Assembly: GCA_023554445.1 (NCBI GenBank)
Contig: JAMJQQ010000094.1
Location: 1,937-65,936, forward strand
DNA: 64,000 nt
DNA from: Candidatus Carthagonibacter metallireducens
Lineage (GTDB): Bacteria > Gemmatimonadota > Gemmatimonadetes > Palauibacterales > Palauibacteraceae
Reading direction: 5' to 3'
Shown one piece after another: positions 48,152 through 57,437 of the stretch. Each line of letters opens with the position of its first letter. Positions within the stretch are counted from its first letter, which is position 1. The translations under genes and the position numbers were made by a program. The notes under the pieces are model-generated. The model saw nothing but the letters and a program-made list of their open reading frames with translations, made no database searches and was not told the DNA's origin.

Positions 48152-50131
48152 ATGCCCTCCGGCCCGGTGATCTGGCTCTTCGGAGCCGCGGCTGCGGCCG
48201 CAGCCGCCGCCTGGATCCGATACGGAATTCGCGAGGAAAAGGTGCCGGGTCGACTGGTGCCGGCTTTCCTCTGGGCCTGCGCCGTCTTCCTGCTGCTCTA
48301 CGGTCTCCGGCTGCCCCCGATTCGATCAGGTCCGGTCTCCATGTCTCCGCGCACCGTGCTGCTCGACATCTCCGCGAGCATGGACCTGCCCGTCGCCGTC
48401 GGCGCGGGATCACGTCTCGATTCGGCACGGGCGAGGGCGGTCAGAGAAGACGCGGACTCGCAGATTCAATTCGGGCGCGAGGCTATCACCGCCTCAGAAG
48501 ACGCGCCCCCGGAAGCTTTTCCGGTCGATGTGAATCGTGCCGGCACACTCCTCGCGCCTGCGCTGCGAGCAGCCCGGGCGACGGGTGCCGACAGCGTAAT
48601 CGTGATCTCCGATGGAGAGTTCGAAGATCGGGAGGCGGCTCGCCGGGAAGCGGCTCGACTCGGCCTCGGCGTGAGGGAGACTCGGGTGGCCGGACCGGTG
48701 AGCCGGACTACGGTCCGCGAGGTGCTCTACCCGGCGCGTGTGTCGGCGGGAGACACGATCCGCTTCCGGGTGGAAATCTGGTCGCCCGGCGGCGAGGGGG
48801 CGGCGACTACTCAACCGGACACCGATTCGGTGACGGTGCTGGCAACCGCGTCGGATGGACGGACCGCCTCGGTCCGCACCGAACGGCCGGCCCCAGGAAG
48901 AGGACGCTTCGTGCAAGTGGACCTGCCGACGCCTGCTTCGCGACAGGAAACGGAGTGGCGGCGATTCGAGGTACGACTTGCCGCCGGTGCCGATCCGCTG
49001 GATGCGCAGCCGGCCAGGAGTGCATGGATCGGCATCTCGCCGACCCGCTTCGGTCCCGTCGTCGTGTCCGTCGACCCCGACTGGGAGCCCGCTCACGTCC
49101 TGCCGGTGCTGGAGCGAGCGTCGAACGGCGAGGCTCGCGCCTACCTGCGCGTCGGCCCCGACCGCTGGGTCCGTGCGGGACCCGATCCGAAAGTCGTCAG
49201 CCCGGAGCGGGTTCGCGCCGACGCGGCTTCGTCCGACCTCCTGGTCGTGCAGGGAGCTCCGGTTGCCCTGCCGTCCTGGCTTCAGACAACGGCCGCTCGC
49301 CATGACCGACTGCTCCTCCTGGCCAGAGGATCGGGTCCCGTGCCCGGAACCGATGTGGACGTCGGAGCGCCGGTCGAAGGAGAGTGGTTTCTCACGCTTC
49401 CGCCCTCGCCGAGCCCGGTCGGTGCGTTTCTTTCGGGGCTGGACGCCGGACCGCTACCCCCCGTATTCGCGCTTCGGCGGCTTCAGGGGCGGCTGCCGGG
49501 GACGGTAGTCGAATTCCGACGCGACCGACGCGGAGATGCTCTGCCCGGCGTCGCGATCGTCACATCCGGCTCACGCAGGACGGTGATCGTGGTGGCTGAG
49601 GGCACCTGGCGCTGGTCGGCGCGAACCGGAGTCTCCCGGGCGGTGTATCGCGCGCTGTTCTCCGGTATCTCGGCCTGGCTGTTGGAGGATGTGCAGCGGG
49701 ACCCGGTGGTCCTGGCGCCTGAAGATGGCGATTCCGACAGCCCGGCTGGATGGAACGTGGCCGCGGGCGTCTCGGATCTGCTCCTGGTGGTGCGGGACTC
49801 GACGGGGGCGGAGGTCTGGCGGCATGAGGCCGATTTCCCGGGCCGGCGGATCACTGGGCCACCGCTCCCCGAAGGCGACCTGTCGTTCGAGGTGAGCGGA
49901 AACCTCGATGGAGCGAGCTTCACCGGCGGGCATCCGTTCAGCGTGGCCGGTTACGCCGCCGAACTTGCCGGGCGGTCGACAGGACGATCGCTGACGATCG
50001 AGGCGAATCTCGGATCGGACGAGGAATCGGGCCGTCCGGGAGGACGCGGACCACCGGTATGGCCTTTCGCATTGGCCGCCCTGTTGTTCTGCGGGGAGTG
50101 GTACCTGCGACGGCGGCTCGGACTGCGGTAA
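48152..50131 (+). CDS. Membrane protein with a vWA-like (MIDAS DxSxS) domain; BatA-like architecture
   Basis: Two N-terminal transmembrane helices including a poly-Ala stretch, a LLDISASMD MIDAS motif, a large periplasmic/extracytoplasmic region, and a C-terminal transmembrane helix (VWPFALAALLFCGEWYL). 659 aa. Confidence 0.5.
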   Translation: MPSGPVIWLFGAAAAAAAAAWIRYGIREEKVPGRLVPAFLWACAVFLLLYGLRLPPIRSGPVSMSPRTVLLDISASMDLPVAVGAGSRLDSARARAVREDADSQIQFGREAITASEDAPPEAFPVDVNRAGTLLAPALRAARATGADSVIVISDGEFEDREAARREAARLGLGVRETRVAGPVSRTTVREVLYPARVSAGDTIRFRVEIWSPGGEGAATTQPDTDSVTVLATASDGRTASVRTERPAPGRGRFVQVDLPTPASRQETEWRRFEVRLAAGADPLDAQPARSAWIGISPTRFGPVVVSVDPDWEPAHVLPVLERASNGEARAYLRVGPDRWVRAGPDPKVVSPERVRADAASSDLLVVQGAPVALPSWLQTTAARHDRLLLLARGSGPVPGTDVDVGAPVEGEWFLTLPPSPSPVGAFLSGLDAGPLPPVFALRRLQGRLPGTVVEFRRDRRGDALPGVAIVTSGSRRTVIVVAEGTWRWSARTGVSRAVYRALFSGISAWLLEDVQRDPVVLAPEDGDSDSPAGWNVAAGVSDLLLVVRDSTGAEVWRHEADFPGRRITGPPLPEGDLSFEVSGNLDGASFTGGHPFSVAGYAAELAGRSTGRSLTIEANLGSDEESGRPGGRGPPVWPFALAALLFCGEWYLRRRLGLR

Positions 50132-50148
50132 ACGGACTCGGAGATGGA

Positions 50149-51093
50149 ATGAGGCAGAGAAAGAGAGACGGAACGGGCCGAGGCAGGGCCCGATCCCTGT
50201 GGCAGAAGATCGTGGACGTGTCGCTCACCGATGTCACCACCCTGGTGAAGGGTTTCGATGAAGATGCGATCGAGGAGCTGGAGCGGGTGTTGCTCGAAGC
50301 CGACTTCGGAGTCGACGTCACGATGGAATTGGTCGAGGAGCTCGAGCGTGCGGCCCAGAGAGGCAAGGTGAAGTCCGAGGATGATCTCCGGCAGTTTCTC
50401 GCCGATCGAATCCGTGCGGTGTTTGACGAAGCAGCGGAAGCCGGTGGGCTCGCAGAGCGGGAGCCCGGAGTCGACGACGACGGACCACGCGTAATCCTGC
50501 TGCTCGGCGTCAACGGTACCGGCAAGACGACTACGGCTGCCAAGCTCGTTCACCGCGCACGCGGCCGCGGGAGCACGGTGATGCTGGCCGCGACCGACAC
50601 TTTCCGCAGCGGCGCCCAGGAGCAGCTGCGAATCTGGGCCGACAAGCTGGGGGCGGAATTCGTCGGTGGCCAGGCAGGGGCGGACCCGGCGGCGGTGGCG
50701 TTCGATGCCGCCAGCGCCGCGGCGTCGCGCGGGGTCGATTGCCTGATCGTCGACACGGCGGGTCGCCTCCACACGCAACGCGGCCTGATGGAAGAACTCA
50801 GGAAGATCGACCGAGTCACAGGCCGAATCCTCCCAGGAGCGCCCCACGAACGGTTGCTGGTAGTCGATGCGACGGCGGGTCAGAACGTGATCCACCAGGC
50901 GAGGGAGTTCGGAGAAGCGCTGCCGTTGACGGGAATCGTCCTCTCCAAGTTCGACAGCTCCGGGCGCGGCGGGACCGCGGTGGCAGTGGCCCGCGACTTT
51001 CACGTGCCGGTCAGATGGCTCGGTACCGGCGAGGGGGCCGAGGACCTGGAGCCGTTCGATGCCCGACTGTACGTGGAGAAGCTCCTGAACTAG
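50149..51093 (+). CDS. ftsY: Signal recognition particle receptor FtsY (short form, NG domain only)
   Basis: GVNGTGKTTTAAKL P-loop. DTAGR and SKFD GTPase motifs. Confidence 0.85.
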   Translation: MRQRKRDGTGRGRARSLWQKIVDVSLTDVTTLVKGFDEDAIEELERVLLEADFGVDVTMELVEELERAAQRGKVKSEDDLRQFLADRIRAVFDEAAEAGGLAEREPGVDDDGPRVILLLGVNGTGKTTTAAKLVHRARGRGSTVMLAATDTFRSGAQEQLRIWADKLGAEFVGGQAGADPAAVAFDAASAAASRGVDCLIVDTAGRLHTQRGLMEELRKIDRVTGRILPGAPHERLLVVDATAGQNVIHQAREFGEALPLTGIVLSKFDSSGRGGTAVAVARDFHVPVRWLGTGEGAEDLEPFDARLYVEKLLN

Positions 51094-53166
51094 ATGGGAA
51101 CTCACTCGAGGCTGCAGAGCCCGGTTCAATATCTGAAGGGCGTGGGACCGCGTCGCGCGGAGCGATTCGAGAAGCTCGGTGTGCGAAGTGGTCGTGATCT
51201 TCTCTACCACGTGCCGCGTCGGTACGAGGACGCGACCCGGGTGAACCGAATCGGTTCGCTCCGACCCGGCGATGAGGCCACGGTAATCGGCGAAGTGGTG
51301 GCGAAGGGCGTCCTGCCAACCCGGAAGCGGCTCAGGATCTTCCGCGCGATCGTGCGCGACGCATCGGGCCGGATCGAGGTTGCCTGGCCAGGCCAGCCGT
51401 GGCTCGATCGACAGATTTCGAAGGGGGACCTCCTTCTCGTGACCGGCTCGGTCGGCTTCTTCCACGGCCTTCAGCTGCGACCCCGCGAGCACACCGTGCT
51501 GGCGAGGGAGGGGGAGAGGTCGGACGGCGGACGCGTTTTCCCGGTCTACGCGGCCACGGAGGGCCTGAGCCACAGGCAGATTCGAAACATCATCGAGGAC
51601 AACCTCGACCCGCTGATCGAGGAAGTGGCCGAGCGTGAGGTGTTCCCCGCCGAATGGCTCGAATCGATGAGGCTGCCACGCCTCGAATCGGCGCTCGAGA
51701 CGTTGCATCGTCCGAAGGAGATCGCCGACGTCGAGTCGGCGACCCGGCGACTGGCCTGGGAGGAACTGTTCTTCCTTCAGCTTCTCCATGCGCGGGCGAG
51801 GCACGAAATCCGGAGTCGTGACCCCGGTCATGGAATGCGATCCGGATCGAACCTGTCCACCTCTTTCCTCGACGCGCTGCCGTTCCGACTGACCGGAGCC
51901 CAGCAGCGTGCCTGGACCGAGATACAGGCAGACATGGAAGACGACGCTCGCATGTATCGTCTCCTCCAGGGCGACGTCGGCATCGGTAAGACCGTGGTCG
52001 CAGCGGCGGCGATGCTGAAGGCCGTCGAGAACGGGCTGCAGTCGGTGCTGATGGCTCCGACCGAGCTCCTGGCTGAACAGCACGTGCGAACCTTGACCGG
52101 ACTGTTCGAAACCATTGGCCAGAGGCCCCGCTTGCTCACGGGCTCGGTGACAGGCCGTGAACGTGCAGAGGTTCTGTCAGGGATGGCCGACGGCTCGCTC
52201 CCGCTCGTCATCGGCACGCACGCGCTCTTCCAGGAGGGCGTTTCGTTCGCCAGGCCCGGTCTGATGGTGATCGACGAGCAACACAGGTTCGGTGTGTCCC
52301 AGCGACGAGCCCTTCGGGACCTGGGTGGCTCGGCGGACATGCTCGTCATGTCTGCGACTCCGATTCCTCGCTCCCTGGCGCTGACGCTCTACGGCGATCT
52401 CGATCTGTCGGTAATCGACGAGATGCCTCCCGGGCGCAGGCCGATCCGGACCGGTGTCCGCAGTTACGCCGACCGGGACGCAGCGCTGAGCTGGATACGA
52501 GGCGAGCTGGCGGCAGGGCGCCAGGCATACTTCGTTTACCCGTTGATCGAGGAATCGGAGGTGGTGGAGGCCACGGCCGTGAACGACGCCGTCACCGAAC
52601 TTCGCCACCTTTATCCCGAGTTCGTCGTCGAAAGCGTCCATGGCCGGATGCCCCCGGCGCGAAAGGACGAGACCATGCGTCGGTTCGCAGCGGGCGAGAT
52701 TGCTCTGCTGGTGGCGACCACGGTGATCGAGGTGGGGATCGATGTTCCGAACGCGACCGTCATGGTGATCGAGCACGCTGAGAGATTCGGCCTGTCACAA
52801 CTTCACCAATTGCGTGGCCGGGTGGGTCGCGGAGCGAAGCAGAGCTGGTGCGTGGCGTTTCATTCGGCGGAGGAGACCCCACCCCGACTTCGAGCGTTCG
52901 CCGCGACCAATGACGGTTTCCGCCTGGCTCGCGAGGACCTGAGACTCCGCGGGCAGGGCGACCTATTCGGTGCACAGCAGCACGGCGCTCCAGAGCTCCG
53001 GTTCGCAAATCTGGAGAGAGACGCCGATCTCCTGGAGCAGGCCAGGAAGCGGGCGCGCGAGATCGTCGACACCGACCCCGAACTCTCGTCGCGATCCCAC
53101 CGCGCGCTGGCGCGGGAGCTCGTCGATCGCCACGCCGATCGCGAGGTGCTGTTCGCCATCGGTTGA
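51094..53166 (+). CDS. recG: ATP-dependent DNA helicase RecG
   Basis: Wedge domain. Helicase motifs (GDVGIGKT, DEQHRFGV, SATPIPRS, QLRGRVGRG). 690 aa. Confidence 0.9.
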   Translation: MGTHSRLQSPVQYLKGVGPRRAERFEKLGVRSGRDLLYHVPRRYEDATRVNRIGSLRPGDEATVIGEVVAKGVLPTRKRLRIFRAIVRDASGRIEVAWPGQPWLDRQISKGDLLLVTGSVGFFHGLQLRPREHTVLAREGERSDGGRVFPVYAATEGLSHRQIRNIIEDNLDPLIEEVAEREVFPAEWLESMRLPRLESALETLHRPKEIADVESATRRLAWEELFFLQLLHARARHEIRSRDPGHGMRSGSNLSTSFLDALPFRLTGAQQRAWTEIQADMEDDARMYRLLQGDVGIGKTVVAAAAMLKAVENGLQSVLMAPTELLAEQHVRTLTGLFETIGQRPRLLTGSVTGRERAEVLSGMADGSLPLVIGTHALFQEGVSFARPGLMVIDEQHRFGVSQRRALRDLGGSADMLVMSATPIPRSLALTLYGDLDLSVIDEMPPGRRPIRTGVRSYADRDAALSWIRGELAAGRQAYFVYPLIEESEVVEATAVNDAVTELRHLYPEFVVESVHGRMPPARKDETMRRFAAGEIALLVATTVIEVGIDVPNATVMVIEHAERFGLSQLHQLRGRVGRGAKQSWCVAFHSAEETPPRLRAFAATNDGFRLAREDLRLRGQGDLFGAQQHGAPELRFANLERDADLLEQARKRAREIVDTDPELSSRSHRALARELVDRHADREVLFAIG

Positions 53167-53192
53167 CGTCTCACATACCCTCCGTCTAGCTT
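53163..53192 (+). promoter_or_regulatory. Weak promoter candidate for asnS
   Basis: TTGACG (overlapping the recG stop), an 18-nt spacer, then TAGCTT. Confidence 0.25.
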
Positions 53193-53248
53193 CGCGGCTC
53201 CCGGGCCTCCGATCCGCCAGCAACGGTCTCTCACGAGGCGAGGAATCC

Positions 53249-54553
53249 ATGTCCGATTCGATTTCGATCCGCTCACTCGGCTCTCGCGTCGGAGAGACCG
53301 TCCGCCTCCTCGGCTGGATCCGAAACCACCGTTCGAGCGGAAAGATTGCCTTCCTGATCGTGCGCGATGGCACCGGAGAGGTCCAGGTGGTCGTCGCGCG
53401 GCACGAGGTGGACGAGGCGACCTGGCAGACTGTGACCGACCGGGTCGCCTACGAATGCAGCGTCGTGGTGGAGGGAGTCGTTCGAGCCGACGAGCGCTCG
53501 CCCAGCGGGGTCGAACTGACGGCGTCTCGCGTCGAGGTGCTCGGCGATTCCTCGAACGACTACCCGATCCAGCTCAAGGACGCGGGCGTCGACTTCCTTC
53601 TTTCGAAGCGCCATCTGTGGCTTCGAACAACCCGTCAGACCGCGATCATGCGGATACGGGATGAAGTGATCAAGGCGATTCACGACTACTTCTATGACCA
53701 CGACTTCGTGCTGGTGGACACACCGATTCTTACCGGCTCGATCGGTGAATCTGCCGGGACGCTGTTCGAGACCGAGTACTTCGACCTCGGTACGGCTTAC
53801 CTGGCGCAGACCGGCCAGTTGTACGTCGAAGCGGCCGCTGCAGCGCTCGGAAAAGTCTACTGCTTCGGTCCCACCTTCCGGGCGGAGAAGAGCAAGACCC
53901 GACGTCACCTGACCGAGTTCTGGATGGTCGAGCCGGAGGTCGCCTGGCTGGATTCCGAGGGGAACATGCGCCTGCAGGAAGAATTCGTGACCGCGATCGT
54001 CGGTCGGGTCCTCGAGCGGAGGCTGCCCGAACTCGAGGTCCTTGAGCGTGACACGGAGCCGCTCCGCGCCGTCGTGCCGCCCTTCGACCGATTGAGCTAT
54101 ACCGAGGCGGTGGAATTCCTGGTCTCGAAGGGCAGCGAGGTCACCTGGGGTGATGACCTCGGAGCGGAGGATGAGGCGATCCTCACCGAAGGTCGCTCGA
54201 AACCGCTGTTCGTCTTTGACTACCCGAAGAGCGCGAAGGCTTTCTACATGAAGGAAAACCCCGAGGATCCGAGCACCGTGAAGTGCAACGACCTGCTCGC
54301 CCCGGAGGGATACGGAGAGATCATCGGTGGTAGCCAGAGAGAGGACGACCTCGACAAGCTCACGGCGAGAATCCACGAGGAAGGCCTGCCCGAGGAAGCC
54401 TACGACTGGTACCTCGACCTGCGACGGTACGGCACCTTCGTTCACTCTGGATTCGGCTTGGGACTCGAGCGGACGGTGAGCTGGATATGCGGGCTTCCGC
54501 ATCTGCGCGAGGCGATAGCGTTTCCCCGGATGATGAGCCGCCTCGACCCCTGA
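53249..54553 (+). CDS. asnS: Asparaginyl-tRNA synthetase
   Basis: Class II aaRS motifs 1-3 (…FRAE…, …GGSQRE…, GFGLGLERTV). N-terminal OB-fold anticodon-binding domain. About 435 aa from the ATG at 53249. Confidence 0.9.
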   Translation: MSDSISIRSLGSRVGETVRLLGWIRNHRSSGKIAFLIVRDGTGEVQVVVARHEVDEATWQTVTDRVAYECSVVVEGVVRADERSPSGVELTASRVEVLGDSSNDYPIQLKDAGVDFLLSKRHLWLRTTRQTAIMRIRDEVIKAIHDYFYDHDFVLVDTPILTGSIGESAGTLFETEYFDLGTAYLAQTGQLYVEAAAAALGKVYCFGPTFRAEKSKTRRHLTEFWMVEPEVAWLDSEGNMRLQEEFVTAIVGRVLERRLPELEVLERDTEPLRAVVPPFDRLSYTEAVEFLVSKGSEVTWGDDLGAEDEAILTEGRSKPLFVFDYPKSAKAFYMKENPEDPSTVKCNDLLAPEGYGEIIGGSQREDDLDKLTARIHEEGLPEEAYDWYLDLRRYGTFVHSGFGLGLERTVSWICGLPHLREAIAFPRMMSRLDP

Positions 54554-54631
54554 TTCCGTATCCGGCAGGCATGGAAGAATGAAACCCGGTCCGCCCGCCG
54601 ACCGTACTAGAAGTTCGAGAGGAGGACCCCC

Positions 54632-54931
54632 ATGATTGAAACGCTGATCGGTATGCTCGTTCTCGGAGGGACCGGGGCGGGCCTCTACGCTTCATACGTC
54701 AAGACGCGCGCCTTCGTGCGCGAGAAGCTGCGGTTCGTAGATGCGGCCCAGCGCCCGTCGGCGCCGTGGGTCGCGGGAATCGCGGTGACTTTGCTCGGCC
54801 TGCCCCTCTTCGGAGGGTTGCTGGGCTTCCTGCCCGCCGTGGGCGGAGCAACCGCGCTGGCCCTCGGATTCACGGTCGGAGCCGCGGTGCGAAGCGGCCA
54901 GAAACAGGTGAAGCTGCTCAGCGGGAGTTGA
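54632..54931 (+). CDS. Small hypothetical membrane protein (99 aa, Gly-rich transmembrane helices)
   Basis: Strong RBS gaggagga 6 nt upstream. Three hydrophobic Gly/Ala-rich segments. Confidence 0.45.
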   Translation: MIETLIGMLVLGGTGAGLYASYVKTRAFVREKLRFVDAAQRPSAPWVAGIAVTLLGLPLFGGLLGFLPAVGGATALALGFTVGAAVRSGQKQVKLLSGS

Positions 54932-55805
54932 GCTTCACCTCGTCCCACAGTCGATCGAGCGTCGCGAGATCGGCCTCGTCGGGGTCGATCCCGCGCTCAT
55001 CGGCAAGTCGGAGCAGATCGCGAAACCGTCGCTCGAACTTGGCGGAGGCTCGATCGAGAGCCACCGAAGGGTGAGCGCCGGCCAGCCGGGCCACGTTGAC
55101 GGCCGCGAAGAGCAGATCCCCCAGTTCATCCTGAACCCGATCGGCACGAGCGTCATCCACCAGGGGGCTCGACCGGGAGTCGAGTTCTGATTCGAGTTCT
55201 GCGATCTCTTCGTGGAGTTTCTCCAGGGCACCACCAGCATCGGGCCAGTCGAACCCCCGGGCCGCAGCACGATCCTGCAGTCGAAGGGCGCGGCTGAGCG
55301 GCTCCAACCCGCCGGGGATTCCGTCGAAGGGATCTGGAGTCGTGGCCTCTTGCGCCGCTTCACCCGATTCGTGAGTGCCCCGCGCGCGTGCTCGAAGCTG
55401 CGCCTTGAGTTCCTCCCAGTCCGGAGGATTCTCGGCCTCGCCATAGAGGTGCGGGTGACGCTCGATCATCTTCCGCTCGAGTCCCTCTACGACGGATTCG
55501 GCCTCGAACGCGCCCCGCTCTTCGGCGAGAACTACCTGGAATGCGATGTTCAGAAGGAGGTCGCCGAGCTCATCCGCGAGCTCGGTCTCATCGCCGCCGC
55601 GAATCGCCTCTGCGACCTCGTGCGCCTCCTCCAGCAGGTAGGGCCTGAGGGTCGCCGGTGTCTGTTTCGCATCCCACGCGCAACCGCTCCGGAGATAGCG
55701 AACCAGGGCCAGACTGCGGCCTAGTGAAGTGTCTCCATTGCAGGCGCGTGCGAGGTGCCTGGAACGGGCTTCCGGATCGGGAAAAATCTGTTGCTCCTCG
55801 GACAT
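54918..55805 (-). CDS. mazG: Nucleoside triphosphate pyrophosphohydrolase MazG (tandem MazG domains)
   Basis: Two EExxE-type motifs (LLEEAHEVAEA, ELADELGDLL / LHEEIAELESE, ELGDLLFA). 295 aa. Confidence 0.8.
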   Translation of the reverse strand: MSEEQQIFPDPEARSRHLARACNGDTSLGRSLALVRYLRSGCAWDAKQTPATLRPYLLEEAHEVAEAIRGGDETELADELGDLLLNIAFQVVLAEERGAFEAESVVEGLERKMIERHPHLYGEAENPPDWEELKAQLRARARGTHESGEAAQEATTPDPFDGIPGGLEPLSRALRLQDRAAARGFDWPDAGGALEKLHEEIAELESELDSRSSPLVDDARADRVQDELGDLLFAAVNVARLAGAHPSVALDRASAKFERRFRDLLRLADERGIDPDEADLATLDRLWDEVKLNSR

Positions 55806-55837
55806 GTGGCCGGTATACTACCCCGGCCTTGAAAAAC

Positions 55838-56959
55838 GTGTCAATCGAGCCCAAGCGCCGCGCCTGGGTCGAGGTGGACCTGGATGCTCTCCGGTCGAAC
55901 TTCGGCTCCATCGCTGAACGCCTGCCACCGGGTTGCGGCATTCTCCCCATGGTGAAGGCCGACGCCTATGGCGTCGGACTGTCGCGTGCCGTCGGCGCGC
56001 TCGGCCCGCTGGGGGTGTGGGGCTTCGGTGTGGCGACGACGGATGAGGGGATCGACGTGCGGTCGCACGGCTGGGCAGGACCGGTGGTGGTGTTCTCGCC
56101 GACGCTGCCCGCGGACACGCAGTCGCTGCTGGAGTATCGCCTCGAACCGGTTCTCTCGAGTCCAGAAGCATTGGCCTCATGCAGTATCGCAGTCCGTGCG
56201 CTTGGAGCGACGCTTCCCGTTCACCTGGAGATCGACACGGGGATGGGCAGGTTCGGCATCGACTGCGGCGAAGTGGCCGTTCGAGCTCGGGAGGTGGTGG
56301 ACGTTCTTTCACTCGGGGGAATCGAGCTGCGAGGCACGCTGACTCACTTCCACTCGGCGGACGACGATCCCGAGCAGACACGACGACAGTGGTCTCGGTT
56401 CGAGTCCGCGCTTGCCAGGCTCGAGGAGGCGGGACTGAATCCGGGTCTCGTGCACGCCGCGAACAGCGCGGCGTCACTGCGGTACGATGGATTCGCCGGA
56501 GACCTGGTACGCCCCGGAATTCGCCTTTACGGGGGGGGAACCTGGGAGCCGCGAGGAGTACCGGTAGTCACAGTCCGCGCCCGAGTTCTCGATGTCCGCA
56601 CCGTGGAGGCGGGTGCGAGCGTGAGCTACGGGGCGACGTGGCGAGCGCCCGAGCGCACCAGGCTCGCGACGCTCGGCATCGGGTACGGCGACGGACTCAG
56701 GCGCGAACTGTCGAACCGCGGACGGGTTCTGATCCATGGTCTCGAGGCGCCCATTCGTGGGGTCGTGTGCATGGATTCCGTGGTCGTGGAGATCGGTGAC
56801 CGTGAGGATGTGCGGCCCGGAGACGTGGCGACGATACTCGGCCGCGACGGGGAAGCGGAGATCGGACTCGACGAGATGGCACGGCTGTGTGAAACGATCG
56901 ACTACGAGATTCTCGCCGGTTGGCGCCGGCGACTGCCGAGGGTCGAGGTCGAGCGCTAG
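55838..56959 (+). CDS. alr: Alanine racemase
   Basis: PLP-Lys motif VKADAYG. C-terminal beta-domain. The GTG at 55838 gives ~373 aa. Confidence 0.85.
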   Translation: MSIEPKRRAWVEVDLDALRSNFGSIAERLPPGCGILPMVKADAYGVGLSRAVGALGPLGVWGFGVATTDEGIDVRSHGWAGPVVVFSPTLPADTQSLLEYRLEPVLSSPEALASCSIAVRALGATLPVHLEIDTGMGRFGIDCGEVAVRAREVVDVLSLGGIELRGTLTHFHSADDDPEQTRRQWSRFESALARLEEAGLNPGLVHAANSAASLRYDGFAGDLVRPGIRLYGGGTWEPRGVPVVTVRARVLDVRTVEAGASVSYGATWRAPERTRLATLGIGYGDGLRRELSNRGRVLIHGLEAPIRGVVCMDSVVVEIGDREDVRPGDVATILGRDGEAEIGLDEMARLCETIDYEILAGWRRRLPRVEVER

Positions 56960-57014
56960 ACACCGAGCAGGAACGGGGTCGATTGCCTCGTTCAAGGGAT
57001 ATACGGAGACGCAA

Positions 57015-57437
57015 ATGCCAGAGGGACTTACGACCGGGCAGGCGAGATTGCGTTCGCGGGCGATCGAAGCTCGTGAATTCGCCCATGCCCCCTACTCGAA
57101 ATTCCGGGTGGGTGCGTGCCTCGAGGCCGAGGATGGGCGGTCGTTCGCAGGATGCAACGTGGAGAACGCGTCCTTTCCGGTGACACTGTGCGCAGAACGC
57201 GCAGCGCTGGGAGCGGCAGTCGCCGCCGGCGCCCGCGACTTCCGACGTCTATACCTGATTACCGATTCCGCCGAGCCGGTGGCACCCTGCGGCATGTGTC
57301 GGCAGGCGCTGTCCGAGTTCACCGCCTCACTCGTTGTCGTGAGCGAAGGAGACGACGGGACTCTCCGGTCGTGGTCGCTCGATGAACTGCTGCCGGCCCG
57401 CTTCGAGTTGGGTGCGACTGCAGGCGGTGCGTCTTGA
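57015..57437 (+). CDS. cdd: Cytidine deaminase
   Basis: Zinc-binding CAERAAL and PCGMCRQ motifs. 140 aa. Confidence 0.85.
   Translation: MPEGLTTGQARLRSRAIEAREFAHAPYSKFRVGACLEAEDGRSFAGCNVENASFPVTLCAERAALGAAVAAGARDFRRLYLITDSAEPVAPCGMCRQALSEFTASLVVVSEGDDGTLRSWSLDELLPARFELGATAGGAS

Noticed and set aside
48180-48215. GCG/GCC-rich run (gcggctgcggccgcagccgccgcc) that looks like a simple-sequence repeat.
   Set aside because: It encodes a poly-Ala stretch within the first transmembrane helix of the vWA membrane protein and is not a tandem-repeat element. A similar Ala/Glu/Pro-rich region at 8700-8960 is the S2 tail.
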